Below the pieces are notes generated by a model. The model saw nothing but the letters and a program-made list of their open reading frames with translations, had not been told where the DNA came from and searched no databases. A stretch of 64,000 nucleotides of DNA from Camelus ferus (Eukaryota): assembly GCF_009834535.1 (NCBI RefSeq), contig NC_045696.1:103294001-103358000 (forward strand). The letters are read 5' to 3'. Shown in pieces: positions 63,901-64,000 of the stretch. Numbering within the stretch: position 1 is the stretch's first letter; the number at the start of each line of letters is the position of its first letter. The translations under genes were made by a program, and so were the position numbers.

Positions 63901-64000
63901 AGGTAATAGCATTATTTCTTCCCACCAAGTTTTAAGCAACCAGTTTTCAGATGAACTTCTGGGTCTTGACTCTAAAGCTGGAGATCAGCAGCAGGGGCTT

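Noticed and set aside
12762..64000. Next constitutive TFDP2 coding exon (GNISFVAFP…)
   Set aside because: I could not find it by reading the sequence. It probably lies beyond the window end.

Overview
This is AT-rich, repeat-dense mammalian DNA. It is most likely camelid, because it carries seven copies of a short tRNA-derived SINE that matches the Vic-1 type and artiodactyl-style L1 3' ends. The window lies inside the 5' part of TFDP2 (transcription factor DP-2, the E2F dimerisation partner) on the + strand. It contains the start-codon exon (4955-5075, MTAKN), a 67-nt coding exon (12695-12761, VGLTSTNAELRGFIDQNLSPTK-G), and more than 51 kb of the next intron. The next constitutive coding exon is not in the window. 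The rest is mostly fossil L1, L2, MIR, MLT/MER21-type LTRs and hAT MERs, many of them nested and with recognisable TSDs. None of the ORFs in the supplied track looks like a real gene. I see no new protein-coding system. The most interesting signals concern TFDP2 isoform and translation control: a candidate 16-nt frameshifting micro-exon (30273-30288), a candidate non-coding alternative first exon ending at 60923, a uORF that stops 1 nt before the start codon, and inverted SINEs around exons 2-3 that could favour circularisation. Repeat family names and many boundaries are read by eye and are approximate.
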